Assembly (NCBI RefSeq): GCF_000092105.1
Contig: NC_014148.1
Location: forward strand, 660,001 to 692,000
Direction: 5' to 3'
DNA from: Planctopirus limnophila DSM 3776
GTDB lineage: Bacteria > Planctomycetota > Planctomycetia > Planctomycetales > Planctomycetaceae
Length of the DNA stretch: 32,000 nucleotides
Every line of letters starts with the position of its first letter. Within the stretch, counting starts at the first letter, position 1. A program made the translations under genes and the position numbers. Positions 16,867 through 25,560 of this stretch are shown here, one piece after another. The notes beneath the pieces are model-generated. The model was given only the letters and a program-made list of their open reading frames with translations, was not told the origin of the DNA and ran no database searches.

Positions 16867-18684
16867 ATGCCACTGGATGACGAGTTCCTTGCAGTCGCGG
16901 TTCGGAACGGTTTGTTGGAGCAAGTCGTTGCTGACCAGTTGGGAGCTTTGTCGGCAAGCTCTGGCATCTCTTCGGCACAAGCAGCACTCAACGCCGGCCG
17001 ACTTTCACATGACCAGATCGATGTCATCGAAGCTCTGAGAAGTCCTTTGGATCAGATTCCGGGTTATGAGCTGCTGTCGCTCCTCGGACAGGGAGGCATG
17101 GGCGTCGTCTACAAGGCTCGGCAGTTAGCGTTCGACCGCATCGTAGCCCTGAAGCTCGTGCGGAGCGGATCTGCTTCAAGTACGGCGGTCGCCCGCTTTG
17201 AAAATGAGATCCGCACCATTGGCAGCTTTTCCCATCCGCATATCGTGACCGCCTTCGATTCGGGAAAGCATGCCGGTCGACTGTATCTTGCCATGGAGTA
17301 TCTTGATGGCCAAGACGCTGAGGTCTTCATCCCTAAGGAAAGGTTTCTCCCCGAAAGGATCGTCTGGGGGATGATCCGTCAGGTCGCGACAGGCTTGGCG
17401 TACGCCGCCGAGCGGGGAGTCACGCATCGCGACATCAAACCGGCGAACCTGTTGCTGGTGACGCCGCCGAGCGGATATCCCCTCCCTGAGGGTGTTCCGT
17501 TCGTCAAAATCGCGGACTTCGGACTCGCCCTCCTGCAGGAGGATTTTGACGCGCAAACCCGCCTGACGAGGGAAAACGCCGCCGTGGGCAGCCCACACTA
17601 CATGTCTCCCGAACAAATCATGGGTTCCCAGGTCGGCTTGAAGTCCGACATCTATGCGCTGGGAGCCACGGCCTATCATCTGCTCTGCGGCCACCCCCCC
17701 TATCATGGCTACACGTTGACGCAGATCTATTCGCGAAAAATGCTTCGGGATCCTGCGGCGTTGAGGGAACTCCGCCCCGGACTTTCCGCCGATTCGGTCT
17801 CACTCGTCGAGAGGATGATTCACCGTGAAGAGACCGAGCGGCCCAACGACTACGCGACCCTGCTCCATCGAATCGACACAATCCAACAGTCGACAGACCC
17901 TGCCGGAGTGTCGGCGTCGATCCCACAGAGGTCATCTGCCACACCAGGAACCTCCCCGGATCGATACCGCCATTCACTCGTTGCATGGTCTCGCCGCCTG
18001 ATGACCATTTCCGCGATTGTCGTCGGGCTGGCTGCCATCGCCGCCGGGTTCTGGTGGTCTCTGCCGATCAACCCCAAATTGACCGGGCCGAGGAATTGGC
18101 AAGCTACGGGCTGGGTTCGACAATGTTTCGATGGTGCGTCGCTCAATGGATGGCGTACGATTCGTGGAGCCTGGGTACCCGGCGCGAAGGATGAGGAAGG
18201 AGGATTCGTCTTATCGGGAAGAGGTGCCTTGGGATATCCCCTCGCCAAACCTGTGAACGGTGGCATGATGCGACTGGACGGCTTTCGCCTCTCCGTCCTA
18301 TGGCAGAGACAGAGCGCGCAGATCGTTGAGCTGCAATTTCCGGAGGAGCCGTCGGCCCGGCACGGCGAAACCCGGTCGATGGTCTTTCAAGCGACTCCCG
18401 ACTCGATCCGCTGGGGCCGTCGAATGCTCCCGACAGGAAGTCTGGAGACAGTTTTCGCGGAGCGGTTCATCACTCTGCCCGCCGATTCGGTTCACGAACT
18501 GCGCGTCGAATTCCAGGGTGGGGAGTGGTTGGCGTACCTCGACGGACAACTCTTCGGGAGTTCCCCTTCCGGCCCCTTGCCATCTAATGAGTTCCGTCTG
18601 GTCGCCGAAGTGGATCCGGGTGACGCCGAGGGGGCGGCGTGGTTCAGCGACATCTTGCTGGAGGAACTCGGGCCGCCAATTTGA
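16867..18684 (+). CDS. Transmembrane Ser/Thr protein kinase with an extracytoplasmic C-terminal beta-rich domain (DUF1080/LamG-like impression)
   Basis: Hanks kinase motifs are present: GQGGMGVVYKA, VALK, HRDIKPANLL, ADFGLA and SPHYMSPEQ. One TM helix is present (LMTISAIVVGLAAIAAGFWW). The ~210-aa C-terminal domain includes WRTIRGAWVP...FRLSV...ELRVEFQGGEWLAYLDG. Confidence 0.9.
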   Translation: MPLDDEFLAVAVRNGLLEQVVADQLGALSASSGISSAQAALNAGRLSHDQIDVIEALRSPLDQIPGYELLSLLGQGGMGVVYKARQLAFDRIVALKLVRSGSASSTAVARFENEIRTIGSFSHPHIVTAFDSGKHAGRLYLAMEYLDGQDAEVFIPKERFLPERIVWGMIRQVATGLAYAAERGVTHRDIKPANLLLVTPPSGYPLPEGVPFVKIADFGLALLQEDFDAQTRLTRENAAVGSPHYMSPEQIMGSQVGLKSDIYALGATAYHLLCGHPPYHGYTLTQIYSRKMLRDPAALRELRPGLSADSVSLVERMIHREETERPNDYATLLHRIDTIQQSTDPAGVSASIPQRSSATPGTSPDRYRHSLVAWSRRLMTISAIVVGLAAIAAGFWWSLPINPKLTGPRNWQATGWVRQCFDGASLNGWRTIRGAWVPGAKDEEGGFVLSGRGALGYPLAKPVNGGMMRLDGFRLSVLWQRQSAQIVELQFPEEPSARHGETRSMVFQATPDSIRWGRRMLPTGSLETVFAERFITLPADSVHELRVEFQGGEWLAYLDGQLFGSSPSGPLPSNEFRLVAEVDPGDAEGAAWFSDILLEELGPPI

Positions 18685-18695
18685 CACGCCCTGTG

Positions 18696-18820
18696 GCCGG
18701 GTCAAGCAGGATTACCTGACGGAGCCCCGAAGCTATTACACACCCACCGGACGCGGGTATGAGGCGGTCGTACTTCAGCGACTCATCGAGCGAAATGAAT
18801 CAGGTCGTTCTCGATCCTGA
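18696..18820 (+). pseudogene. rarA: Detached rarA 3'-end fragment (displaced C-terminal coding remnant)
   Basis: It translates to G-R-VKQDYLTEPRSYYTPTGRGYEAVVLQRLIERNESGRSRS* and has no start codon of its own. The ORF-track entry 18326-18820 is this remnant fused to out-of-frame kinase sequence. Confidence 0.7.
18700..18763 (+). repeat. Right copy of the imperfect 64-bp direct repeat
   Basis: It aligns to 15406-15469 at an offset of 3294 bp and encodes VKQDYLTEPRSYYTPTGRGYE in the rarA-equivalent frame. Confidence 0.85.
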
Positions 18821-18983
18821 AAAGTATGGGATGGGTTCCATTGAGATGCCCGGGTCGTTGCGGGCTTTGTGTAAAGAGTAGTCGCATATCATCAATCCAA
18901 TTTGCTAAATCTTCATGCGTCTGAAGTCTTTCGACTGGCACGGAATTCATGAACTCGGCAAGATTCCTGAAGCAGGTCTTCAC
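18783..18983 (-). CDS. Doubtful small ORF (66 aa)
   Basis: It is the only ORF of 60 aa or more in the 18821-19095 gap apart from 18915-19109(+). It overlaps the tail of the rarA remnant. No family recognised. Confidence 0.2.
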   Translation of the reverse strand: MKTCFRNLAEFMNSVPVERLQTHEDLANWIDDMRLLFTQSPQRPGHLNGTHPILFRIENDLIHFAR

Positions 18984-19095
18984 TTTTTGCTCGAATTGTG
19001 GCCTGTTTCAATTGCGGCTATAGAAGCCCACAGGTTCCCACCATCTGTAACGGCCTTGATACTTCCCACCAGATTCTCTGCCAGAGGTCTTCTCG

Positions 19096-20385
19096 ATGAA
19101 CGTTGTTGATCGTCGTCAGTTTCTTGGCTTAACGCTCAGTGCGGCAGCCTTCAGTGCTGCCTCAAATCTACTCCCATTCGACGACCGCTATGCCCACGGC
19201 AAAGTTCTCGGTGCGGACGGGATGCCTGTCTCACCGCAGGTCGAGGGGCCGGAAACGATGTTTCTCACATGGCCGGGAGATCCGACATCGACCATCTGCA
19301 TTCAATGGGTCGATCAGGATCACGGAAACGAACTTGAGATCGCCTACTCTCCACTGGAAAGTGACAACTGGCAGATCGCCAAGGTCACAACAAAGCCTTT
19401 CCCGATGACGAAAGATAAAGTCTACCGTGCCAGTATTTCGTCACTTCAACCGGGGACAGAGTATCGATTTCGTATGGGGGCCGATGCTCCCACGTTCCGC
19501 TTTCGAACCATGCCCAAAAAGCTGACTGATACCTTTCACTTTGTCTCAGGTGGTGATGCGGGAACAGGCAGCCATGCAATCGGAACTAATCAACTTGCAG
19601 CCCGGCAGGAACCTTACTTTGCTCTCCTTGCCGGCGATCTCGCTTACGACAACGGTAAATCGCCCCGAACCTTTATAAAATTCCTGAAGAACTACCGAGC
19701 TCACATGGTTGACCCCCAGGGCCGGCTCATTCCGCTGCTGGCCTGTCCAGGAAACCATGAAGTCGATGGTGCTTATAAACAGCCCCGTGAAAAGGCGGGC
19801 TCCTACCTCTCGGTCTTCGACTGTTTTTTTCCGGATACGACCTACGGTGTCTACGATATCGGTGATGACTTCAGCCTTGTATTGCTCGATACCGATCATA
19901 TTTCGCCCATCGAAGGGGAACAGACGTCATGGCTCGAAAAAACACTGGCCGCACGACAAGACAAAAAACATCTCTTTGTGGCCAATCATGTCCCCGCTTA
20001 TCCATCGTATCGAGCTGCCAATATCGACAGCGATAAGCCGGGAACGGGGGCTGCCCAGCGAAAACTCTGGTGCCCGCTCTTTGAACGCTACAACGTCGAT
20101 GTCGTTCTGGAACATCACGACCATCTCTTCAAACGGTCACATCCTTTAACCGATGGCAGAAAAGATAAATATGGCGTCCCTTACTTAGGTGATGGTTCGT
20201 GGGGGATGTTGCGGCCCCTCAAAGAACCCGAGTTGCGGCCCTACCTGGCCAAGGTCAGTTCGTCATACCATATGACGGCGCATCATCTCGAAGGAGACGA
20301 ACGGTTTCATATCGCACTTGAAGAGAATGGCCGGATTGCCGATGTCTGCATGACCAGAAATAAACGTGCTGCCCGAAGAGGATGA
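19096..20385 (+). CDS. Tat-exported metallophosphoesterase (purple-acid-phosphatase-like)
   Basis: A twin-arginine signal MNVVDRRQFLGLTLSAAAFSAAS is present. The calcineurin-like motifs are GGDAG, GDLAYDNG, GNHE and EHHDH, preceded by an N-terminal FN3/PAP-N-like segment. Confidence 0.85.
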   Translation: MNVVDRRQFLGLTLSAAAFSAASNLLPFDDRYAHGKVLGADGMPVSPQVEGPETMFLTWPGDPTSTICIQWVDQDHGNELEIAYSPLESDNWQIAKVTTKPFPMTKDKVYRASISSLQPGTEYRFRMGADAPTFRFRTMPKKLTDTFHFVSGGDAGTGSHAIGTNQLAARQEPYFALLAGDLAYDNGKSPRTFIKFLKNYRAHMVDPQGRLIPLLACPGNHEVDGAYKQPREKAGSYLSVFDCFFPDTTYGVYDIGDDFSLVLLDTDHISPIEGEQTSWLEKTLAARQDKKHLFVANHVPAYPSYRAANIDSDKPGTGAAQRKLWCPLFERYNVDVVLEHHDHLFKRSHPLTDGRKDKYGVPYLGDGSWGMLRPLKEPELRPYLAKVSSSYHMTAHHLEGDERFHIALEENGRIADVCMTRNKRAARRG

Positions 20386-20414
20386 TCTTCAACGATTGAT
20401 CATCGTGACGGGAT

Positions 20415-21005
20415 TCATAGAGTGTGGAGAGCTGACTCTGGTCGTTTGTGAATGGTCATCAGTATTGCTGAGAGGGGGCCACGTTCCGCATATTGCTGGG
20501 TCTTTACTTCGAAGTACGCAGGTAAACCTTGAGCCCATTCCCTCACAGCCTGGGTTTCCGCTGCCCCCGCCGGATGACCGGGATAGAGCATGACCGTCAG
20601 CAGGCCGGTCGCAGAAAGCAGCATCAAGGCCTGTTCCAGTGCCGCGATCGTCTCCGTCGCCGTGGTAGTGATGGACTTATCGCCTCCGGGGAGATAGCCC
20701 AGATTCAACATGACGGCGGCCAACTTCCCATGATACTTTTCGGGGATCACGGCTTTCATCTGGCTGTGCGAAACCTGTTGTAATTGCACCCAGTTCACCC
20801 CCGCTTGAGACCGCCGGTATTCACTGGCAGCGATCGCCTGCTCCTGAACATCGAAGGCCCATACCAACCCTGCCGGGCCGACCGTTCTGGCGAGAAACTC
20901 CATGTCATGGCCATTCCCGGCAGTCGCATCAATCGCAAAATCTCCCGGCTGCAGATGCTGCCTGAGCAGTTCATGGGCAAGGGTGGTTAGCGGCACTGGT
21001 CGCAT
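20415..21005 (-). CDS. mnmM: Class I SAM-dependent methyltransferase of the YtqB/MnmM (putative rRNA methylase, PF06962-type) family
   Basis: It is collinear with B. subtilis YtqB as I recall it: GDFAIDATAGNGHDMEFLA, VWAFDVQEQAI, GKLAAVMLNLGYLPGGDKSITT and YPGHPAG. Its length of 196 aa also fits. Confidence 0.75.
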   Translation of the reverse strand: MRPVPLTTLAHELLRQHLQPGDFAIDATAGNGHDMEFLARTVGPAGLVWAFDVQEQAIAASEYRRSQAGVNWVQLQQVSHSQMKAVIPEKYHGKLAAVMLNLGYLPGGDKSITTTATETIAALEQALMLLSATGLLTVMLYPGHPAGAAETQAVREWAQGLPAYFEVKTQQYAERGPLSAILMTIHKRPESALHTL

Positions 21006-21201
21006 GAAAAACTTTCGGACGGATCGCTGACTTGATGAGAAGAGAAAGATATCCGAGCTATCGACGCGATGACTCAGGAGTTCTCAGGCTGCTCGAATGA
21101 TAGACTGGCGGCATCGTCGCTTCCTTAAAGTGAAGTCAGGTCTTCCGTCATTTTCATTACGATGGCCTCTCACGATTCGCTTTCCAGAGGTTGAGCAGTA
21201 T

Positions 21202-22200
21202 ATGTCAGCACCAACAGATTCGAGCGTATCCTCACAGCCAGGCCCCATGCTGCCAGAGTTAAGAACGCTGGGTGCCACCGATATTCGGGTCACGAGCATT
21301 GCGATGGGGTGCTGGCCAATTGCGGGTATTACAACACAAGGCGTGACGAAACCTCGAAGTCTCGCCACACTTCAGGCGGCTTTTGATGCCGGGATCAACT
21401 TCTTCGATACCGCGTACTGCTACGGTTACGAGGGAGAGTCGGATCGATTGATTACGGAAGCCTTAGGCCATGTGCGAGACAAAATTGTGATCGCATCGAA
21501 AGGTGGCATTCAATGGAGTGCAGATCGAGTTCAAGTGAAAGATGGGCGACCCGAAACCATCGTCCGGCAATGTGAAGAGAGTCTTCAGCGACTCGGTACC
21601 GATGTCATCGACTTGTACTATCTCCACGGCCCGGATCCACAGGTTCCCGTCGAGATTTCTGCCGAGGCATTTGTACGACTGTTCGAGCAGGGGAAGATTC
21701 GCAGTGCCGGTCTTTCGAATGCGACTTTGGAACAGTTGTCGGCGTTTCATCGGGTGTGCCCCCTGTCGGCATATCAGCCGCGCTACAACATGGTGCAACG
21801 GGAAATCGAACAGTCTCAGTTGCCGTGGTGCCGGGAAAACCACGTTTCGTGCATTGTCTACTGGCCGCTGATGAAAGGCTTGCTGGCGGGTCATTATCCG
21901 CGAGAGCATCTTTTCCCTCCGACAGACAGCCGCCATAAGTATGCCGTCTTTCAGGGGCAAGAGTGGCAACGGAACCAGGATTTGCTGGATGAATTGAAGG
22001 CGATTGCCAGGCGGTGTGAGCTTTCGGTCGCCCGGCTGGTGCTCCAGTGGACGATTCAGCAGGCGGGGATTACCTCGGCCCTGTGCGGAGCCCACCGGCC
22101 CGAACAGATTCAGGAAAACGCGTTCGCGATGGCGGGAAAACTCAACCATGAAACGTTAATGGAGATTGAGTCCGCGATTGCCCGTCGCGATTTGCCATAA
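21202..22200 (+). CDS. Aldo/keto reductase family oxidoreductase
   Basis: AKR hallmarks are present: LGATDIRVTSIAMGCW, FFDTAYCYG, IASKGG, VIDLYYLHGPD, IRSAGLSN and the YQPRYNM pattern. The start is either ATG 21202 or ATG 21247. Confidence 0.9.
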   Translation: MSAPTDSSVSSQPGPMLPELRTLGATDIRVTSIAMGCWPIAGITTQGVTKPRSLATLQAAFDAGINFFDTAYCYGYEGESDRLITEALGHVRDKIVIASKGGIQWSADRVQVKDGRPETIVRQCEESLQRLGTDVIDLYYLHGPDPQVPVEISAEAFVRLFEQGKIRSAGLSNATLEQLSAFHRVCPLSAYQPRYNMVQREIEQSQLPWCRENHVSCIVYWPLMKGLLAGHYPREHLFPPTDSRHKYAVFQGQEWQRNQDLLDELKAIARRCELSVARLVLQWTIQQAGITSALCGAHRPEQIQENAFAMAGKLNHETLMEIESAIARRDLP

Positions 22201-22341
22201 ACATTTCGAAAAAAATCAAATTCCTGTCGAAATGGCCATCCGCCAATCGTCATCTTGCTGAGTGAGGTCGTGGATCTCGCCAGAGAATTGACTGAAGGCG
22301 ATGGCGTTCGAACGCCTCGCCAAGAGATCAGGGAACTGAAA

Positions 22342-22698
22342 ATGCTTTATGCCGTCTTGGTTTATGAAACAGCTCATGAAACAGAAGCTCGCAATCATCC
22401 AGAGCGGGCAGGTGCTTATTGGGGAGCCTACAAAGCCTATTCGGATGCACTAGTTCAAGCGGGTGTCATGGCGGGCGGTAATGCTTTACAGCCCATCAGC
22501 ACTGCGACAACGGTGCGAATTCGTGACGGAAAGCGCGATGTGCAGGATGGTCCCTTCGCAGATACCAAGGAGCAGTTAGGTGGGATGTTCGTGATCGATG
22601 TGCCTCATCTCGAAGCGGCACTCGAATGGGCAGCACGTTGTCCTGCGGCTCTAACGGGTTCAGCAGAAGTGCGACCGATCCTGCCGATGAACGGATAA
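22342..22698 (+). CDS. YciI-like (DGPF domain) protein
   Basis: It reads MLYAVLVYE...VQDGPFADTKEQLGGMFVIDVPHLEAALEWAARCP and is 118 aa long. Pairing with the downstream long ECF-type sigma factor is typical. The upstream TTG extension to 22255 is unlikely to be translated. Confidence 0.85.
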   Translation: MLYAVLVYETAHETEARNHPERAGAYWGAYKAYSDALVQAGVMAGGNALQPISTATTVRIRDGKRDVQDGPFADTKEQLGGMFVIDVPHLEAALEWAARCPAALTGSAEVRPILPMNG

Positions 22699-22756
22699 TG
22701 AGTTTTTGTGTACGCAATTGAGGTCGAATCGCAAAAGTTCGAGGCCGGAAGACGCG

Positions 22757-24046
22757 ATGAGTGGTTCACAAAATGCTGCTGATTATCGCGTGACTTCCGG
22801 GGAATGGCATCTGGCGGTCGAACGCGTGGCCCGCGAGAGCTATGGCCGGCTGATTGCCATCATCTGTCGGAAGACGAATGACCTGGCCGCTGCAGAAGAT
22901 GCCCTGGCGAGCGCTCTGCTGACCGCACTGGAAACGTGGCCACACAGCGGGTTACCAGTCGATCCTGAAGCATGGCTGATTCGAGTCGCGCAGCGGAAAT
23001 GGCTCGATGAGACCAGGCATACGCAACTGCGAGATCGTGTGCTCCGCGAAGTCATCAGCCCGGTCATGGCTCTCCTGCAGGAGAAATCGGCAATGCACTC
23101 GACCGAAGTTCCTCTGCAGGATGATCGGCTGGCCATGATGTTTGCCTGCGCTCATCCCGCGATCGAACCTTCGATGAGAACGCCACTCATTTTGCAGGCC
23201 GTTCTGGGAATCGATGCGAGCCGAATTGCTTCGGCGTTTCTGATCAATCCGCAGACGATGAGTCAGCGTCTCGTCCGGGTAAAAAACAAACTGAAAGTGG
23301 CAAAAATTCCCTTTGAATTGCCACCTGAGCACGAATGGCGGGATCGACTGGATGATGTTCTCAGTGCCATCTATGCGGCCTACGGAACGGCCTTCGATGA
23401 AACGATGTCTGGTCAGTCTGGTACCCGAGCTCTCGCCAGAGAAGCCATCTGGCTGGCACAAGTGGTTCAAAAAATATTACCTCAATCTGCCGAAGCGGCA
23501 GGGCTGTATGCACTCCTGCTCTTCTGTGAGGCGCGGCGTGACGCCAGGCGTGGAAGCGAAGACCAGTATGTTCCGCTGCTCGAACAATCGCCGGAACTCT
23601 GGGACGGGGCAATGCTCGATGAAGCCGAAGCCACTCTAAGTGCCGCTTTTCAACAACAAGCCCCGGGTCGATTTCAATGGGAAGCGGCGATTCAATCGGC
23701 CCATTGTGCCCGGCGGCACTTTACTTCGGGGCAGGCGGTTGTGGACTGGCCAGCGATTGCCGTGCTCTATGAGGGATTGCTGAGCTTTGCACCCTCTCTG
23801 GGTGCGAGAGTGGCTCAAGTCGGGGCTTTACTGCAAGCGAACCAGATGGAACAGGCGAAGGAACGATTCGCTCTGATTCCGCGCGAGGCATGCAGAACTT
23901 ATCAGCCCTGGTGGGTGGTTTCAGCGGAACTCGCTCGACGGCAAGGCCAAAACAGTCAGGCCCACAGTGATCTCATGATCGCCATGGGCCTGACGGAAGA
24001 TGCCGCAGTGAAAGATTTTCTGGCCAGGAAGGCCGCCAATCTCTAA
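22757..24046 (+). CDS. ECF-type sigma-70 family factor with a long C-terminal (TPR/DUF6596-like) extension
   Basis: The region-2-like segment is AEDALASALLTALETWPHSGLPVDPEAWLIRVAQRKWLDETR. The region-4-like segment is ASAFLINPQTMSQRLVRVKNKLK. A ~200-aa helical C-terminal extension follows. Confidence 0.8.
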   Translation: MSGSQNAADYRVTSGEWHLAVERVARESYGRLIAIICRKTNDLAAAEDALASALLTALETWPHSGLPVDPEAWLIRVAQRKWLDETRHTQLRDRVLREVISPVMALLQEKSAMHSTEVPLQDDRLAMMFACAHPAIEPSMRTPLILQAVLGIDASRIASAFLINPQTMSQRLVRVKNKLKVAKIPFELPPEHEWRDRLDDVLSAIYAAYGTAFDETMSGQSGTRALAREAIWLAQVVQKILPQSAEAAGLYALLLFCEARRDARRGSEDQYVPLLEQSPELWDGAMLDEAEATLSAAFQQQAPGRFQWEAAIQSAHCARRHFTSGQAVVDWPAIAVLYEGLLSFAPSLGARVAQVGALLQANQMEQAKERFALIPREACRTYQPWWVVSAELARRQGQNSQAHSDLMIAMGLTEDAAVKDFLARKAANL

Positions 24047-24099
24047 TTGTGAGACTGACTTGAGTGTCACGTTAGAAATCGGCGATTAGAAGTCGCTAA

Positions 24100-25176
24100 T
24101 TAGAAATCACCAGTGACTTCGCCACCAGCACGAGTTCCCAGTGCACCCCAGACGCCATGTGGGCTGGGCCCGCCGAGTGTATTGGCGTTGGCCCCGAGGC
24201 CACCAGCATCGATGTTATCGGAGATGAATCGGACAGCACCGTCAGCCATCAAAGCATGAACACCACCTGTGTGATAGCTGCTGGCAGAGAGAACGCTGCT
24301 GGCTGCATCAGACGTGGTGTTGGTGTCATTTGTACAAGAAGGGGAGTTCGGAGAGAGAATCGGGGTGAAGCCCACATTCTCAGCCTGAGCATCAGCCCAG
24401 AATGAGCTGAACTTCCCTTTGACGTTGGTCGACGTTGTAAAACGACGATTCGCACTGACAGCAGCAACCGAAGTCACACACGAGCCAGGATTTGTGGTAA
24501 TCGTCGCTACCCCACCCAAAGTACCACGCCGAACATCGACACTATTCTGAGACTGCCAGTCAATGTTTCCAATGCAACGCTCGGCGAATGCCAGAGTATT
24601 GCTCGTACCATCTGTAACATCGCGAACACCGTACGTTGCATTGCAGGCAAACAAACCATTCGTGCGGGTTTCGTCTCGGTTGTTGGTGATAAAGTCACCC
24701 ATGTTGAAGGCATAGCTCACTGTGCCACGGGGACGAACTTCGAATGGATCTGATGGGCACTTGAGTGCCGCGATATTCATGTTGTAACCACTCCAGCCTG
24801 CCCAGGGTGCAGCACCTCCAGGTGCTACCGGAACAGGGGTGGCAGCTGGATTGCCTGCTTCGATGCTATTGTAAAATGGAGTTTGGTCGAGGTATGGAAG
24901 TAAGGAAATCATGCCCGTACGACGGTTGTAGTTTCCGTCGTTTCGAGAAGCATCGCCGTTTCCGCGTGTGCCACCTTTGCGGTAAACGAAAGAGCCAAAA
25001 ACATCGTGGTAGTTGTGCAGTGCCAGGCCCAGTTGCTTCAAATTGTTACGGCACTGTGTACGGCGAGCTGCTTCTCGGGCTTGCTGGACAGCGGGAAGCA
25101 GCAGGGCAATCAAAATGGCGATAATTGCAATCACCACCAGGAGTTCAATGAGCGTAAATCCAGAACGTCTTGACAT
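24100..25176 (-). CDS. DUF1559 family protein with a prepilin-type N-terminal cleavage/methylation motif
   Basis: The N-terminus reads [58 protein letters not shown], and the C-terminal segment reads [24 protein letters not shown]. The ORF extension to 25269 is unlikely to be translated. Confidence 0.9.
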   Translation of the reverse strand: MSRRSGFTLIELLVVIAIIAILIALLLPAVQQAREAARRTQCRNNLKQLGLALHNYHDVFGSFVYRKGGTRGNGDASRNDGNYNRRTGMISLLPYLDQTPFYNSIEAGNPAATPVPVAPGGAAPWAGWSGYNMNIAALKCPSDPFEVRPRGTVSYAFNMGDFITNNRDETRTNGLFACNATYGVRDVTDGTSNTLAFAERCIGNIDWQSQNSVDVRRGTLGGVATITTNPGSCVTSVAAVSANRRFTTSTNVKGKFSSFWADAQAENVGFTPILSPNSPSCTNDTNTTSDAASSVLSASSYHTGGVHALMADGAVRFISDNIDAGGLGANANTLGGPSPHGVWGALGTRAGGEVTGDF

Positions 25177-25560
25177 GAAACTAGCCTTTGTCGATGGGAT
25201 TAAAAGAGAAGTCGGCAAGAAGAGCCGTAGAACCACTAACCTATTGTATCGGAAACCACGACAATTCAACAGGCGAAAACATCAAAATGTGTCGGTGTGT
25301 TTGCTGGCATTTTGAGAGTTTTCCCTGATGGGAGGTCGCAGATTGCAGGAACTTCGACCTTCATCAATGTTGATTGAATTGCTAAAATGCGTGAGAGTTA
25401 TTGGCGAAAGATTCTTTCGGGAAATGACTTACGGCGAATTGTCACCACAGAATTCCGTGTTTTCATATTGACTCAGCGCTGCATTTGATTCCCGTGCTGA
25501 TCAAAATCCTTAGACTCTGCCAACGACCTGAACTGATAGATCTGCTCGGAGAATCCCTGC

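Larger units (their letters stand above)
15470..18699. mobile_element. Putative horizontally acquired insertion in the rarA 3' end (GC-rich cargo; no recombinase gene detected)
   Basis: The block is bracketed by the 64-bp direct repeat. Sampled 60-nt windows inside it run ~58-65% GC, against ~45-50% in rarA and the downstream phosphoesterase gene. The repeat offset is 3294 bp (3 x 1098). Confidence 0.4.

Noticed and set aside
18326-18820. 164-aa plus-strand ORF
   Set aside because: It is a chimera. Its first ~120 codons are an out-of-frame read of the kinase 3' end (R/S/P-rich), and only the last ~40 codons, the rarA remnant, look like real coding sequence.
21463-22149. 228-aa minus-strand ORF
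   Set aside because: It is antisense to the well-supported aldo/keto reductase gene, and its translation is R/P-rich with no motifs.
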